The translations under genes were made by a program, and so were the position numbers. A stretch of DNA of 52,618 bases. It comes from a virus. Taxonomy: Duplodnaviria > Caudoviricetes. Shown piece after piece: positions 38,154 through 46,230 of this stretch. The stretch is from IMG/VR virus record IMGVR_UViG_3300026519_000002, positions 1-52,618 of that record; one strand, given 5' to 3'. The notes under the pieces were generated by a model. The model worked only from the letters and a program-made list of their open reading frames with translations, was not told the DNA's origin and did not search any database. Numbering within the stretch: position 1 is the first letter of the stretch; every line of letters starts with the position of its first letter.

Positions 38154-38531
38154 TCAGTCGATGTGGATGCCGATGAGGTTGATCGTCATCTCGATGGCGC
38201 CGCCATCGGGGAATCGGATCGTGACCTGCTGCACCACGCCCTCGACGACGTCGGTGACCTTGGGCGACTTGTACTGGAAGTTGAGCCCCTTGAGCGTCTT
38301 GGCGTAGCTGAACCAGTCCTTCTCGCGATCGTCTTCGTCGATCATGGCGACGAAAGACCCCGTGACGTCCTCGTTGCCCTTCACGACGCCGGCCGGCTTG
38401 CCCTGCTTGCGCAGCGTGAAGATGAGGCTGGCGTTGTTATTGAGGCTCAGCTCGCCCTCGCGCACCTGGTGCAGGTCGCCGCCCATGGCGATCTGTCCAC
38501 GGGGGTAGCGCAGCAATTCCTGAGTGGCCAT
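38154..38531 (-). CDS. Tail tube protein
   Basis: 125 aa, beta-rich, directly after the sheath. Confidence 0.7.
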   Translation of the reverse strand: MATQELLRYPRGQIAMGGDLHQVREGELSLNNNASLIFTLRKQGKPAGVVKGNEDVTGSFVAMIDEDDREKDWFSYAKTLKGLNFQYKSPKVTDVVEGVVQQVTIRFPDGGAIEMTINLIGIHID

Positions 38532-38546
38532 GCGGTTGGGTCCTCG

Positions 38547-40085
38547 TCAGTTCCTGAAGTGGCGGACGTCGATGCCGAACTTGGCTAGCGGCGGGACGAT
38601 GCTGAGCGGCAGCACGATGTCGAGCTGGCTCGGATCGGAGGGGTTCACCTGGACGACGAACGTCTCGTTGGCGATGGCCTCCTCCCACTTGTCGCGGCGG
38701 ACCACGCCCCGGCTGATCCAGAATCGGATGCGCTGGCCGATGAAGGCCTGCACGTCGCGCTCCTCGACCACGTCGGGCGGGGGCGGATCGTCGCCCGGCT
38801 CAAGGTTCTTGCTGAGCTTCTTCTGCGGGTACTCTTGTGGCAGCGCGACCCGAAGGTCCTTGGCCACCGCGAAGACGCCCGTGGGGATCGACACGTCCAG
38901 CACCCTCGCGTCGGGGTTGCCGAGTGCGTCCTTGTGGTAGGTCGTGATCGGACGAGCCGGCAGCAGCGTCCCGTCGTCGGCGTAGGTAATGATCGACACG
39001 CCGGTGTTGAGCGCATCTTCGATTTCGGTCTCGTCCGGCTTGTCGAGACTCAGGTCGAAGGCTCCGAACAAGCGCGCACGGTAGGGCATTCCGATCCGGT
39101 TCTTCGCCGGATCGATCGACTCCTCGCGAAGTCGCGCGCCCACTTCGGCCCCGCCGAACTCCGCCGGCAACGACTGCCCAGCGAGACAGAACGACAGCTG
39201 CGACTCCTCGTCGTTGATGTTGCCCGTGCCCGTCTTGACGTCGGTGAGCGTCGCGGTGACCCCGACCACCTGCTGCTGCAGCTTCGCCGCGCCGCCGGTC
39301 TTGCGCAGGTCGATGTCCGTCTTGACGCGCCCGGGGTTGCTCGAGCTGCTACCGTCCTGAGCGTCCGCGTTGCTGCAGCAGTTCAGAATGAGGTCGTACT
39401 CCTTGCCCGTCAGGATCGAGATCGCGTTGGTATAGTCGGGCTCGCCGGTGCCGCCCGCCAGCGTGTTGCCAGCGGGCGCCGCCACCGTGCCACCCGCGCC
39501 CCCGATGAGCTGCACGTACACGCGGCAGTCGTTGCCGATGGGGCCAGGAACACGGAAGGTCGAGATCATGTCCCAATCCGGACCGGCCCCGTTGACGAGG
39601 GCGGTGGCCACGATGGGCATCTCTGCGCCGAGTGCGTTGGCCGCATCCCGCAAGGCCTCGGCCCCCGCCTGGGCGTCGTCGCCAGCAGCCCACACAGCTT
39701 CGACGCGACGGCCCGAGATGTAGGCGCGGATCGTTCGGCTCTCCGTGGGGGAACCCGAGAAGGTGATGACGCCTGTGGCCGCAACAGCCGAGACGTTCAC
39801 CGCCGGGGCGACGAGGTCCACCTGAGCGAGCGGGTACTCTTCGAAGAGCCGCTTGGTTGCGAGGTACCCGGGCGTGCCGAGCCCACAGAGCCCCTTGACG
39901 TCTTCGGCGCTGACGTTCTCGGCCAGCTCGGTGTCGGCGGTGATGGTGCCGACGCTCGACTTGCTGGCAAGGATGAGCGCCTTGAGCGGCGCGCTACCAG
40001 GCGCTACAGCGCCGGCCTTGAGGTTCACCGAAATGTAGACACTGGGCGTCTTGACGCTCGGGGATACGACGGGGTTGACGCTCAT
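38547..40085 (-). CDS. Tail sheath protein (Mu gpL-like)
   Basis: KTPSVYI, GGTGEPD, ALNTGVS, RPITTY, YPQKKL motifs. Confidence 0.9.
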   Translation of the reverse strand: MSVNPVVSPSVKTPSVYISVNLKAGAVAPGSAPLKALILASKSSVGTITADTELAENVSAEDVKGLCGLGTPGYLATKRLFEEYPLAQVDLVAPAVNVSAVAATGVITFSGSPTESRTIRAYISGRRVEAVWAAGDDAQAGAEALRDAANALGAEMPIVATALVNGAGPDWDMISTFRVPGPIGNDCRVYVQLIGGAGGTVAAPAGNTLAGGTGEPDYTNAISILTGKEYDLILNCCSNADAQDGSSSSNPGRVKTDIDLRKTGGAAKLQQQVVGVTATLTDVKTGTGNINDEESQLSFCLAGQSLPAEFGGAEVGARLREESIDPAKNRIGMPYRARLFGAFDLSLDKPDETEIEDALNTGVSIITYADDGTLLPARPITTYHKDALGNPDARVLDVSIPTGVFAVAKDLRVALPQEYPQKKLSKNLEPGDDPPPPDVVEERDVQAFIGQRIRFWISRGVVRRDKWEEAIANETFVVQVNPSDPSQLDIVLPLSIVPPLAKFGIDVRHFRN

Positions 40086-40393
40086 GCCTCACCTCGCTTG
40101 GACTTCTTGTCGGCCTTGGCCTCTTCGGCTGCCTTGGCCTTCGCCTCATCGGCTTTGGCTTCCTGAGGAACCTTCCTCCCGGCGGTGGCGCGCTTGTCGA
40201 GCCACGCCTTGTGGTCCTTCTCGGCCACCTCTTCGAAGGCGCCCTCGCGGATCTGCCGGTCGTAGCCGCGCTTGAAACGCAGCGTCTCCTCGTGGGTCAG
40301 CGCGATGATGGCGCCCGGCTGGACACGTTGGCTCGGCCAGCCGTAGCGGGTCGGCGAGCCTTTTTCCGTCGCACGGAGGAAGCGGTTGCTCAT
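40082..40393 (-). CDS. Small basic protein before the sheath (Mu gp38 position)
   Basis: YDRQIREG motif and Lys/Ala-rich tail; ATGA-coupled. Confidence 0.55.
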   Translation of the reverse strand: MSNRFLRATEKGSPTRYGWPSQRVQPGAIIALTHEETLRFKRGYDRQIREGAFEEVAEKDHKAWLDKRATAGRKVPQEAKADEAKAKAAEEAKADKKSKRGEA

Positions 40394-40441
40394 CTCGACA
40401 CCGGTCTAGCGCGCGGCGTTCGGACGGCGCGCCTACGTGCG

Positions 40442-41353
40442 TCACGGGTCCTGGTCGTACCGAGCGTCCACGATGAGCGGGTACTCGGGGGTGGTGGCCA
40501 CGTTCACGTCGTAGCGGGAGCGATCCCAGTCCGCGATCACCCCGTGCGCCGTGCCGTCGACCAACCGCGTGTCGATGCGCTTCATGCCGCCGTGCGTCTC
40601 GATGGTGAGCGCGTAGACGTACGAGCTCGGCGTGACGCTGTGCCGAGACGCGCCCACGATGCTCACCCCAGGGTCGGAGAAGTTGCGACCGTCAACGGCG
40701 CCGCGCTCCCCCAGGTAGGCCTCGAGCAGATCGAGCAGGTTTAGCCCCTCGTGACCGCGCTCGACGGTGCCCTGCTTGCGCGTGACGACGAGGTAGAGGA
40801 TCCACCGGTCCGATCGCTGCCACACGTTCCGGCCCATGCGTTCGGCTGCCCCCGTCCCCGCCCAGGTCACCACCACGCCCGGTGTCAGCCCCTGCAGCTT
40901 GGCGGCGAAGATGGCGCCGCCGATCTTGTTGGTCGCGAGCTCCTCGTAGGGAATGAGCCCACGTAGCTTCGCGTCACCGGTGGGCTCCGCGCCCCCGGTC
41001 GTCGCGACGTTCAGGCTTGAGACGATCTCGACACCGGCGAGCTGTGGATCCCACCGGAGGTCGGTTCCCGCCGCGAAGTTGTGCCGCGCGCCGCCGACCA
41101 ACGACGCCACGGGCACCGCGGTGCCCCCCGCCGTGACGGTCGTCTCGGCCGTGGTGAACAGCAGCTTGTCCCGCGCGATGGCCTTGTTGCCGGTGTCGCT
41201 CTCCACGATGGGCGCCGCGAAGCACCCACGAGGCAGGACGACGTCGCTGCCCGTCGCACGCACAAGCGCCGTCCCGGTGGCGCGCTGGCCCGTGAGCGGT
41301 GCCAGGACGCCCATGATCGAGCGCATGACGGTGACGCGAAAACCCAGGCTCAT
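40442..41353 (-). CDS. Tail terminator-like protein (Mu gp37-like) with an extra N-terminal beta domain
   Basis: PGVVVTWAG, WILYLVV, LLDLLEAYL, YALTIET; neck position. Confidence 0.55.
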   Translation of the reverse strand: MSLGFRVTVMRSIMGVLAPLTGQRATGTALVRATGSDVVLPRGCFAAPIVESDTGNKAIARDKLLFTTAETTVTAGGTAVPVASLVGGARHNFAAGTDLRWDPQLAGVEIVSSLNVATTGGAEPTGDAKLRGLIPYEELATNKIGGAIFAAKLQGLTPGVVVTWAGTGAAERMGRNVWQRSDRWILYLVVTRKQGTVERGHEGLNLLDLLEAYLGERGAVDGRNFSDPGVSIVGASRHSVTPSSYVYALTIETHGGMKRIDTRLVDGTAHGVIADWDRSRYDVNVATTPEYPLIVDARYDQDP

Positions 41354-41378
41354 CGGGCCGACCTTTCAGCGCATGCGC

Positions 41379-41795
41379 TCATGCCGCCGCCACCGCGTCA
41401 GCGATGAGCTGCGCGGCGTCCTCCCAGTGCTGCTCGCCGATGTCGAAGGGGTTGCGGCGCGGAATGAGGTCGCCGCCGTCGAGGTGGAAGACGATGTAGG
41501 CCGTGCTGGTCGATGCCATCGCCCAGTCCTTGCCACTCTCCGCTCGGATCGAGCTTCGCAGCTGCCCGGTGTCGATCATGGGCGCCGCGCTGCCCTTTTG
41601 GTCGATGGTGCTGGGCGCGTTTGGGGGCCAGGCGCCATCGCCCTGGCTGTCGATCCGGTCGACGACGGCGGCGACGAAGTCCTCGGCCACGATGGCGAAC
41701 GTGGGCGCTAGGACCTCGGTCGCTCGCCCCTTGCGCTCGAGCACCTCGAGCAGGTCGGTGGGATCCACCTGAACGTCGAAGAGAACCGACGACAT
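41379..41795 (-). CDS. Virion morphogenesis protein (Mu gpG-like)
   Basis: WPPNAPST..K, MIDTGQLRSSI, IPRRNPF. Confidence 0.8.
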   Translation of the reverse strand: MSSVLFDVQVDPTDLLEVLERKGRATEVLAPTFAIVAEDFVAAVVDRIDSQGDGAWPPNAPSTIDQKGSAAPMIDTGQLRSSIRAESGKDWAMASTSTAYIVFHLDGGDLIPRRNPFDIGEQHWEDAAQLIADAVAAA

Positions 41796-41811
41796 CGCGC
41801 AGCACCCGCGG

Positions 41812-42282
41812 CTAGAACCCGCCCGGGCCCCTGGGGTTGTCCTTCGTGGCCGCGAAGATGGGGCGACGGTCGGGACGCGTGCGAACACCGAGGCGCGCGT
41901 TGGTGCCCGCCTCGGCCTCGCCCTTCGCGCGGCGCTTGCCAGCGGCGATCTCCACGAGGCGCTTCTCGGCTCGCGCCGCCCACCCGCTGTAGGGCGTCTT
42001 GCCGTCCTCGCTCTGCAGCCCGGACCGGCGCATGCCGGCGAGCTCGGCGGCGATGTCGAGCACCGCCCCCTTGGCCGCGCGGTCGGCGGTCATGAGATCG
42101 GTGATCTGCTGCTCGGACGGGAAGCCGGACCACAGGATTCCCATGGCCCGGTCGGACGCCTCCTCGAGCAACTCGTCGACGATGGCGTTGTCGGCCTGGC
42201 CCGAGCCGTCGTCGCTCGTCAGCTCAGCGAGAGTGTGAACCCCGATGCGCCGCTCAAGCTCGGCTTTCGTGATGAGGGCCAT
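41812..42282 (-). CDS. Head-tail adaptor (Mu gp36/DUF1320-like)
   Basis: ITKAELERRIG..L..L, DIA, L.EIAAGK motifs. Confidence 0.8.
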   Translation of the reverse strand: MALITKAELERRIGVHTLAELTSDDGSGQADNAIVDELLEEASDRAMGILWSGFPSEQQITDLMTADRAAKGAVLDIAAELAGMRRSGLQSEDGKTPYSGWAARAEKRLVEIAAGKRRAKGEAEAGTNARLGVRTRPDRRPIFAATKDNPRGPGGF

Positions 42283-42305
42283 CGAGGGTCAGCGACGGTT
42301 GAGGC

Positions 42306-42602
42306 TCACTCGACGTAGTGTCGAATCGCTCCGATCGCGAGGAAGCGCTTGACGTCGCGCTTGCTCAAGTCCGTCAGGACGTTCTCCATCGATTCCTCGC
42401 CGTCGGTGATCCTGGGGCCTTCCTCACGAGGCTTTCTCGTCTTGGCCGACATGTACTTGAGGATGCAGGTGGGCACGTACTTGCCGGCCTGTGGCTTCGG
42501 CTTGGGGAGGCTGTCGGTGTTCGTCTTGTCCTTGGGCTCCTTGTCGTCGTTGGCGTTGGAGGCCTTCGACGAGCCGCCGGTCTGAATTCGATTGGTGCTC
42601 AT
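42306..42602 (-). CDS. Small protein after the capsid gene (98 aa)
   Basis: ATG 42602 with GGAG RBS; KRFLAIGAI C-terminus typical of post-MCP small proteins. Confidence 0.55.
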   Translation of the reverse strand: MSTNRIQTGGSSKASNANDDKEPKDKTNTDSLPKPKPQAGKYVPTCILKYMSAKTRKPREEGPRITDGEESMENVLTDLSKRDVKRFLAIGAIRHYVE

Positions 42603-42625
42603 GGTTCTCCGTTCTGGTGCGTGGC

Positions 42626-43744
42626 CTACTGCCAGGCGTCCTTGATCAGACCTCCACAGTTGGAGCCCGTCATCGTGGCGATGTCGGCCATCGCGCAGAC
42701 GATGAAGATGCCGCCGAGCGAGCCGCGGTCCTCGACTCGGAACTCGCGGGTCACGAAACCGTTGCCGTTCGGGCCACGGAGGCGCCACGTGTAGCTCGTC
42801 GCGATCTCCTCGCCGTCGGTGGGCACACCGGGCGGGATGGTGAGCAGCACAACGTCATTGCCCCAGATGCGGCTCAGGGCCGCACCGGGAACGCTGCGGC
42901 TCTTGGCGGACACGACGCAGATCGGCGGGAGGCCGGGGACGATGAAGTCCCGGTTCTGCTGCTGCGTCATGTTCACCCGCGTCAGCGCGTCGTTGACGGC
43001 GTTGTCGCCGAGCATCTGACGCATCTGGTCCCGCACGTCGGGGTGCCGCAGGAACGCGTTGGCCGTCCGCTGCTCCATGACGATCTTGGAGACGTCCTGG
43101 GCCGACTCCTCGATCCGCGTGTGCAGGTCCAGGAGCGGTTCGCTGGTGGCCACGTCGTTCCACTCGAAGCCCGCGCCGAGTGTGACGCGGTTGCCCGCGT
43201 CCCAGTTGGCGAGGGTCAGGAACATGGTCGCCACGTCCTTTTCGCGGTCGATCATGAGCGCCCGCTGGCAGCGTTTCATGGCCGCCTTGCGGGTATCGTA
43301 GGACGCCTGTGAGCTGACGCGGTCGGGGATGAACGTGCCAATGGCACGCTCGACGACCGTGTACGGCGTGAGCGCCGTCTTCGGATCGACCTCGGGCACC
43401 TTGGCTTCGATGCCCGTCTTGACGTCGACCTCGAGGAAGGCGTCGTCGCTCGAGAAGTCGCGATGCTTGTCGCTCGAGTGGTCGACGAGGATCGGCGGGC
43501 TCAGCTCATCGGCCCGAAAGCCGAAGGGCCTGTAGCCGGCGAGGTACGTGCTCAGCTCGGTCGGGTCGTGCACGTCTGCCGGCGTCAGGTCGAGGGTGAC
43601 CAGCTGCCCAGCGCGACCGTACTGGCTGTCCTCGGCCAGCGCGAACTTCCAGCGCTGCTTGCCGCGGTGCTCGCCGCCGTGAGGGTTGTTCTCGAAGAAG
43701 TGAAGCGGCTTCTGCTGCGCTTCGGTCATCCACTGCATCGCCAT
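42626..43744 (-). CDS. Major capsid protein
   Basis: LSTYLAGYR..F.AD...PPILV, F.RHP.V, IWGNDVVL, YTW, G.LIKDA; follows protease and decoration genes. Confidence 0.85.
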   Translation of the reverse strand: MAMQWMTEAQQKPLHFFENNPHGGEHRGKQRWKFALAEDSQYGRAGQLVTLDLTPADVHDPTELSTYLAGYRPFGFRADELSPPILVDHSSDKHRDFSSDDAFLEVDVKTGIEAKVPEVDPKTALTPYTVVERAIGTFIPDRVSSQASYDTRKAAMKRCQRALMIDREKDVATMFLTLANWDAGNRVTLGAGFEWNDVATSEPLLDLHTRIEESAQDVSKIVMEQRTANAFLRHPDVRDQMRQMLGDNAVNDALTRVNMTQQQNRDFIVPGLPPICVVSAKSRSVPGAALSRIWGNDVVLLTIPPGVPTDGEEIATSYTWRLRGPNGNGFVTREFRVEDRGSLGGIFIVCAMADIATMTGSNCGGLIKDAWQ

Positions 43745-43798
43745 GATCGTCGGTTCTCCGTCGTCGTCGTTGTCGTCTCGCTCGTCGTCCGTACGGTC

Positions 43799-44206
43799 TC
43801 AGCCCTGTGCGACCACGCCGGGTCCGGCGAGTTCCACCTCCACGAGGTCGTCCTCGGCCGCAGACGTCGTCTCGAGCGTGCCCACCACGTGGGCGTTGGT
43901 GCCGGCCGCCGCCGCCCAGGCGATGACCTTACCGGCCGCATTTGACATCACGCGAACGCCAGGCGTGGGGAGCGCGCCACCTGCCTTGATGACCGCGCGG
44001 CCTCGGATCTGGACGTCGCCCATGTCGCCATCCGGGACGTCACCGATGGTCACCCCGTAGATGGGATCGGTGGTCGTCGCCGGGAGCCCCATCTGCCCCT
44101 CGGTCGAGTCCAGCCGAACGACGAGGTGCTTATCGATCTGCGCACCCGTCACGTTCTTCTTGGCGCGGAGATCGTCCGAGCCCTTGGTGCTTCGTGCCTG
44201 GCCCAT
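43799..44206 (-). CDS. Capsid decoration/cement protein (DUF2190-like)
   Basis: GVT.......GDV...G...IKAGG...G...SNAAGK...VG. Confidence 0.75.
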   Translation of the reverse strand: MGQARSTKGSDDLRAKKNVTGAQIDKHLVVRLDSTEGQMGLPATTTDPIYGVTIGDVPDGDMGDVQIRGRAVIKAGGALPTPGVRVMSNAAGKVIAWAAAAGTNAHVVGTLETTSAAEDDLVEVELAGPGVVAQG

Positions 44207-45963
44207 CAGTGGAGCCCTCCCATCGCCGCCTGGCGCTGCGCTCGGACGAGCTCACAAGCGGCCTGCCACCGCTCGTCGAAGCTCAGCTTGTCGCCACCGG
44301 GCTGGCTGGCCACGTAGGCCATGGCCTGCTCGGTGATGTTTCGCCCGGTGAACCGGGACAGGTCGATGGCGCCACCCGAAGGCGCGGGCGGCGCTGGGGG
44401 CTGGCCGCCGTGCTGGCCACCGAAGTGCGCCGGCTGCATGCCCGGAGGCGGCGGCGGAGCACCAGGCAGCGGCGGGGGCTGGCCGAAGCTCTGCAGCAGG
44501 TGCTGCGTGGCACCCTGCGGCAGCGGGTACTTCTCGAGGAACTTGGCGCGCTGAGCGCGGCGGCTCTCGAGGTCCTTGCGGAGCTTGTCGGACTTGCCGC
44601 GGTCGACGCGCAGAACCTCGGAGCGCTTCTCAAGGTCGAGGCCACCGGTCCGGAAAGCCAGGAGCGCCGGCTTGGCCGTGGGCGGCATGCGGTGCGCAGC
44701 CATCGCGGCTTCCACGTCCTCCTCGGCCATCTTGTCCTCGGTGTCCGCCTGGCCGGCGAGCATCTCGGCGATCTCCGGAACCACGCTCTTGAGCTGCTCG
44801 AGGTCGGCGTGAACCGCGGTGACGCTGTCCAGGATCGAGCCTGGATCGTCGACACCGAAGAGCTTGCCGATCGCCTCGAGCTTGGAGCGCGCCTCGGAGC
44901 TCTGCTCGAGCTTGATGCGCATCGATTCCACCTCACGGCGGATGGCGTCGATCGCCTCGTCGTCGTTCGTGATGGTGGCGCTCAGCGCGAGCAGCCGGCA
45001 CAGGGCCAACAACTTTTCGTTCATGCGTTGCTGCGTAGCGCACGTCTTTCGGCCCCTGCCCCTATCCGCCTCGACCGGAGCAGACGTGTCGGGCGAGACG
45101 AGCCGCTGGATGAGCTGCTGCGCGTAGGCCAGCACCTCGGCCGTGGGCGTGAGGATGGGCAGGTTGAGCAGCTGACGAAGGCGCCCCACGAGCCCGCCCA
45201 CGTCGACGCCGGCCGGGGCCGTGTCGGGGGACGAAACGATCGTGGCGAGCTTGTTGAGTTCAGCGGCAGCCTCGGCCACGCCGTCCGTCTCGCTCAGGCC
45301 GAAGATCCAACGCATCTCGCTCATGAGCGCGTCGACGTCGAGCTCGCCGCTCTCGAGCCAGATGCGGGACGCGGCCACGCCACCAACACGCTCGGCCGCC
45401 AGGGGCGCCATCCCCTGAATGAACGGGTCGTTGGTGAGCGCAACGCTGCTCAGGTACCAGCCGATCGATTCCCCCGTAACCGGGTCGACCGCGTCCGGCC
45501 AGATGGCCATGCTCGACCACTGGTAGCGCCCATCGCGAACGTAGCTGAGGGCCGGCTCGAGGAACCGCGTGAGCGACCAGAGTTCCACGCCCTTTTCGCC
45601 ATCACGAACGTCGAGGTCGAGCGTCCAGCCCTGCGCCGGAGCACCGACCACCGCGAGCTGCGAGCCATGTTTTTCGCTCTCGTGGTGGAAGTCCCACGCG
45701 ATGACACCAGCCTCACCCCAGCCGTCCTCACCGGCGCGGTAGCTTGGGTGCCGCCGCAGGTTCTCCTGCAGCTTCTCGAACACCTCACGCGTCAGCTCGA
45801 ATTCGCCTTGATGGTGGCCCTCGTAGCTTCCTTCCGCGGCGATCTGAACCCAGACGGCGTCCTCGCGCAGACGGTTGGGGTCGCCCTCGGGGAGGACCGC
45901 GTGCAGCCGCGCCGCGGCCATGAAGCGACGTCCGCGCAGCTTCGGGAGCTTTCGTCCAGCCAT
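44206..45963 (-). CDS. Mu gpI-like prohead protease / scaffold
   Basis: WVQIA, DFHH, PAQGW, YQWSS, SVALTNDPF; helical scaffold C-terminus. Confidence 0.9.
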   Translation of the reverse strand: MAGRKLPKLRGRRFMAAARLHAVLPEGDPNRLREDAVWVQIAAEGSYEGHHQGEFELTREVFEKLQENLRRHPSYRAGEDGWGEAGVIAWDFHHESEKHGSQLAVVGAPAQGWTLDLDVRDGEKGVELWSLTRFLEPALSYVRDGRYQWSSMAIWPDAVDPVTGESIGWYLSSVALTNDPFIQGMAPLAAERVGGVAASRIWLESGELDVDALMSEMRWIFGLSETDGVAEAAAELNKLATIVSSPDTAPAGVDVGGLVGRLRQLLNLPILTPTAEVLAYAQQLIQRLVSPDTSAPVEADRGRGRKTCATQQRMNEKLLALCRLLALSATITNDDEAIDAIRREVESMRIKLEQSSEARSKLEAIGKLFGVDDPGSILDSVTAVHADLEQLKSVVPEIAEMLAGQADTEDKMAEEDVEAAMAAHRMPPTAKPALLAFRTGGLDLEKRSEVLRVDRGKSDKLRKDLESRRAQRAKFLEKYPLPQGATQHLLQSFGQPPPLPGAPPPPPGMQPAHFGGQHGGQPPAPPAPSGGAIDLSRFTGRNITEQAMAYVASQPGGDKLSFDERWQAACELVRAQRQAAMGGLH

Positions 45964-45999
45964 GGCGCCAGCATGGCACCCGGCCCCTCGACGCCAGCG

Positions 46000-46230
46000 T
46001 TACCCCTCGTCGGCGAAGTACTCGTGAATGCGGACGGACAGCACCTCGGCCATCGCGAAGGTGTCGTCCTGCATCATGCTGAGCATGTGGGCGAGCTCGC
46101 TCGCGTGCTGCCGCGTCAGGGTGGGTAGCTCCTGTTCGAAGTACTCAAGCGCCCGCAGGGGGTCGTTGGGAACGACGTCGTCGAACTTCAACGGCCGATC
46201 GAGCTTCCTGTTGAGCTTCAGTCCCCTCAC
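46000..46230 (-). CDS. Small acidic protein (76 aa), candidate immunity protein for the MuF fusion
   Basis: GTGA-coupled to the MuF stop. Confidence 0.5.
   Translation of the reverse strand: MRGLKLNRKLDRPLKFDDVVPNDPLRALEYFEQELPTLTRQHASELAHMLSMMQDDTFAMAEVLSVRIHEYFADEG

Noticed and set aside
43745-43798. (GAC)n-like run upstream of the capsid gene
   Set aside because: Short and imperfect; consistent with an unstructured leader before the RBS.
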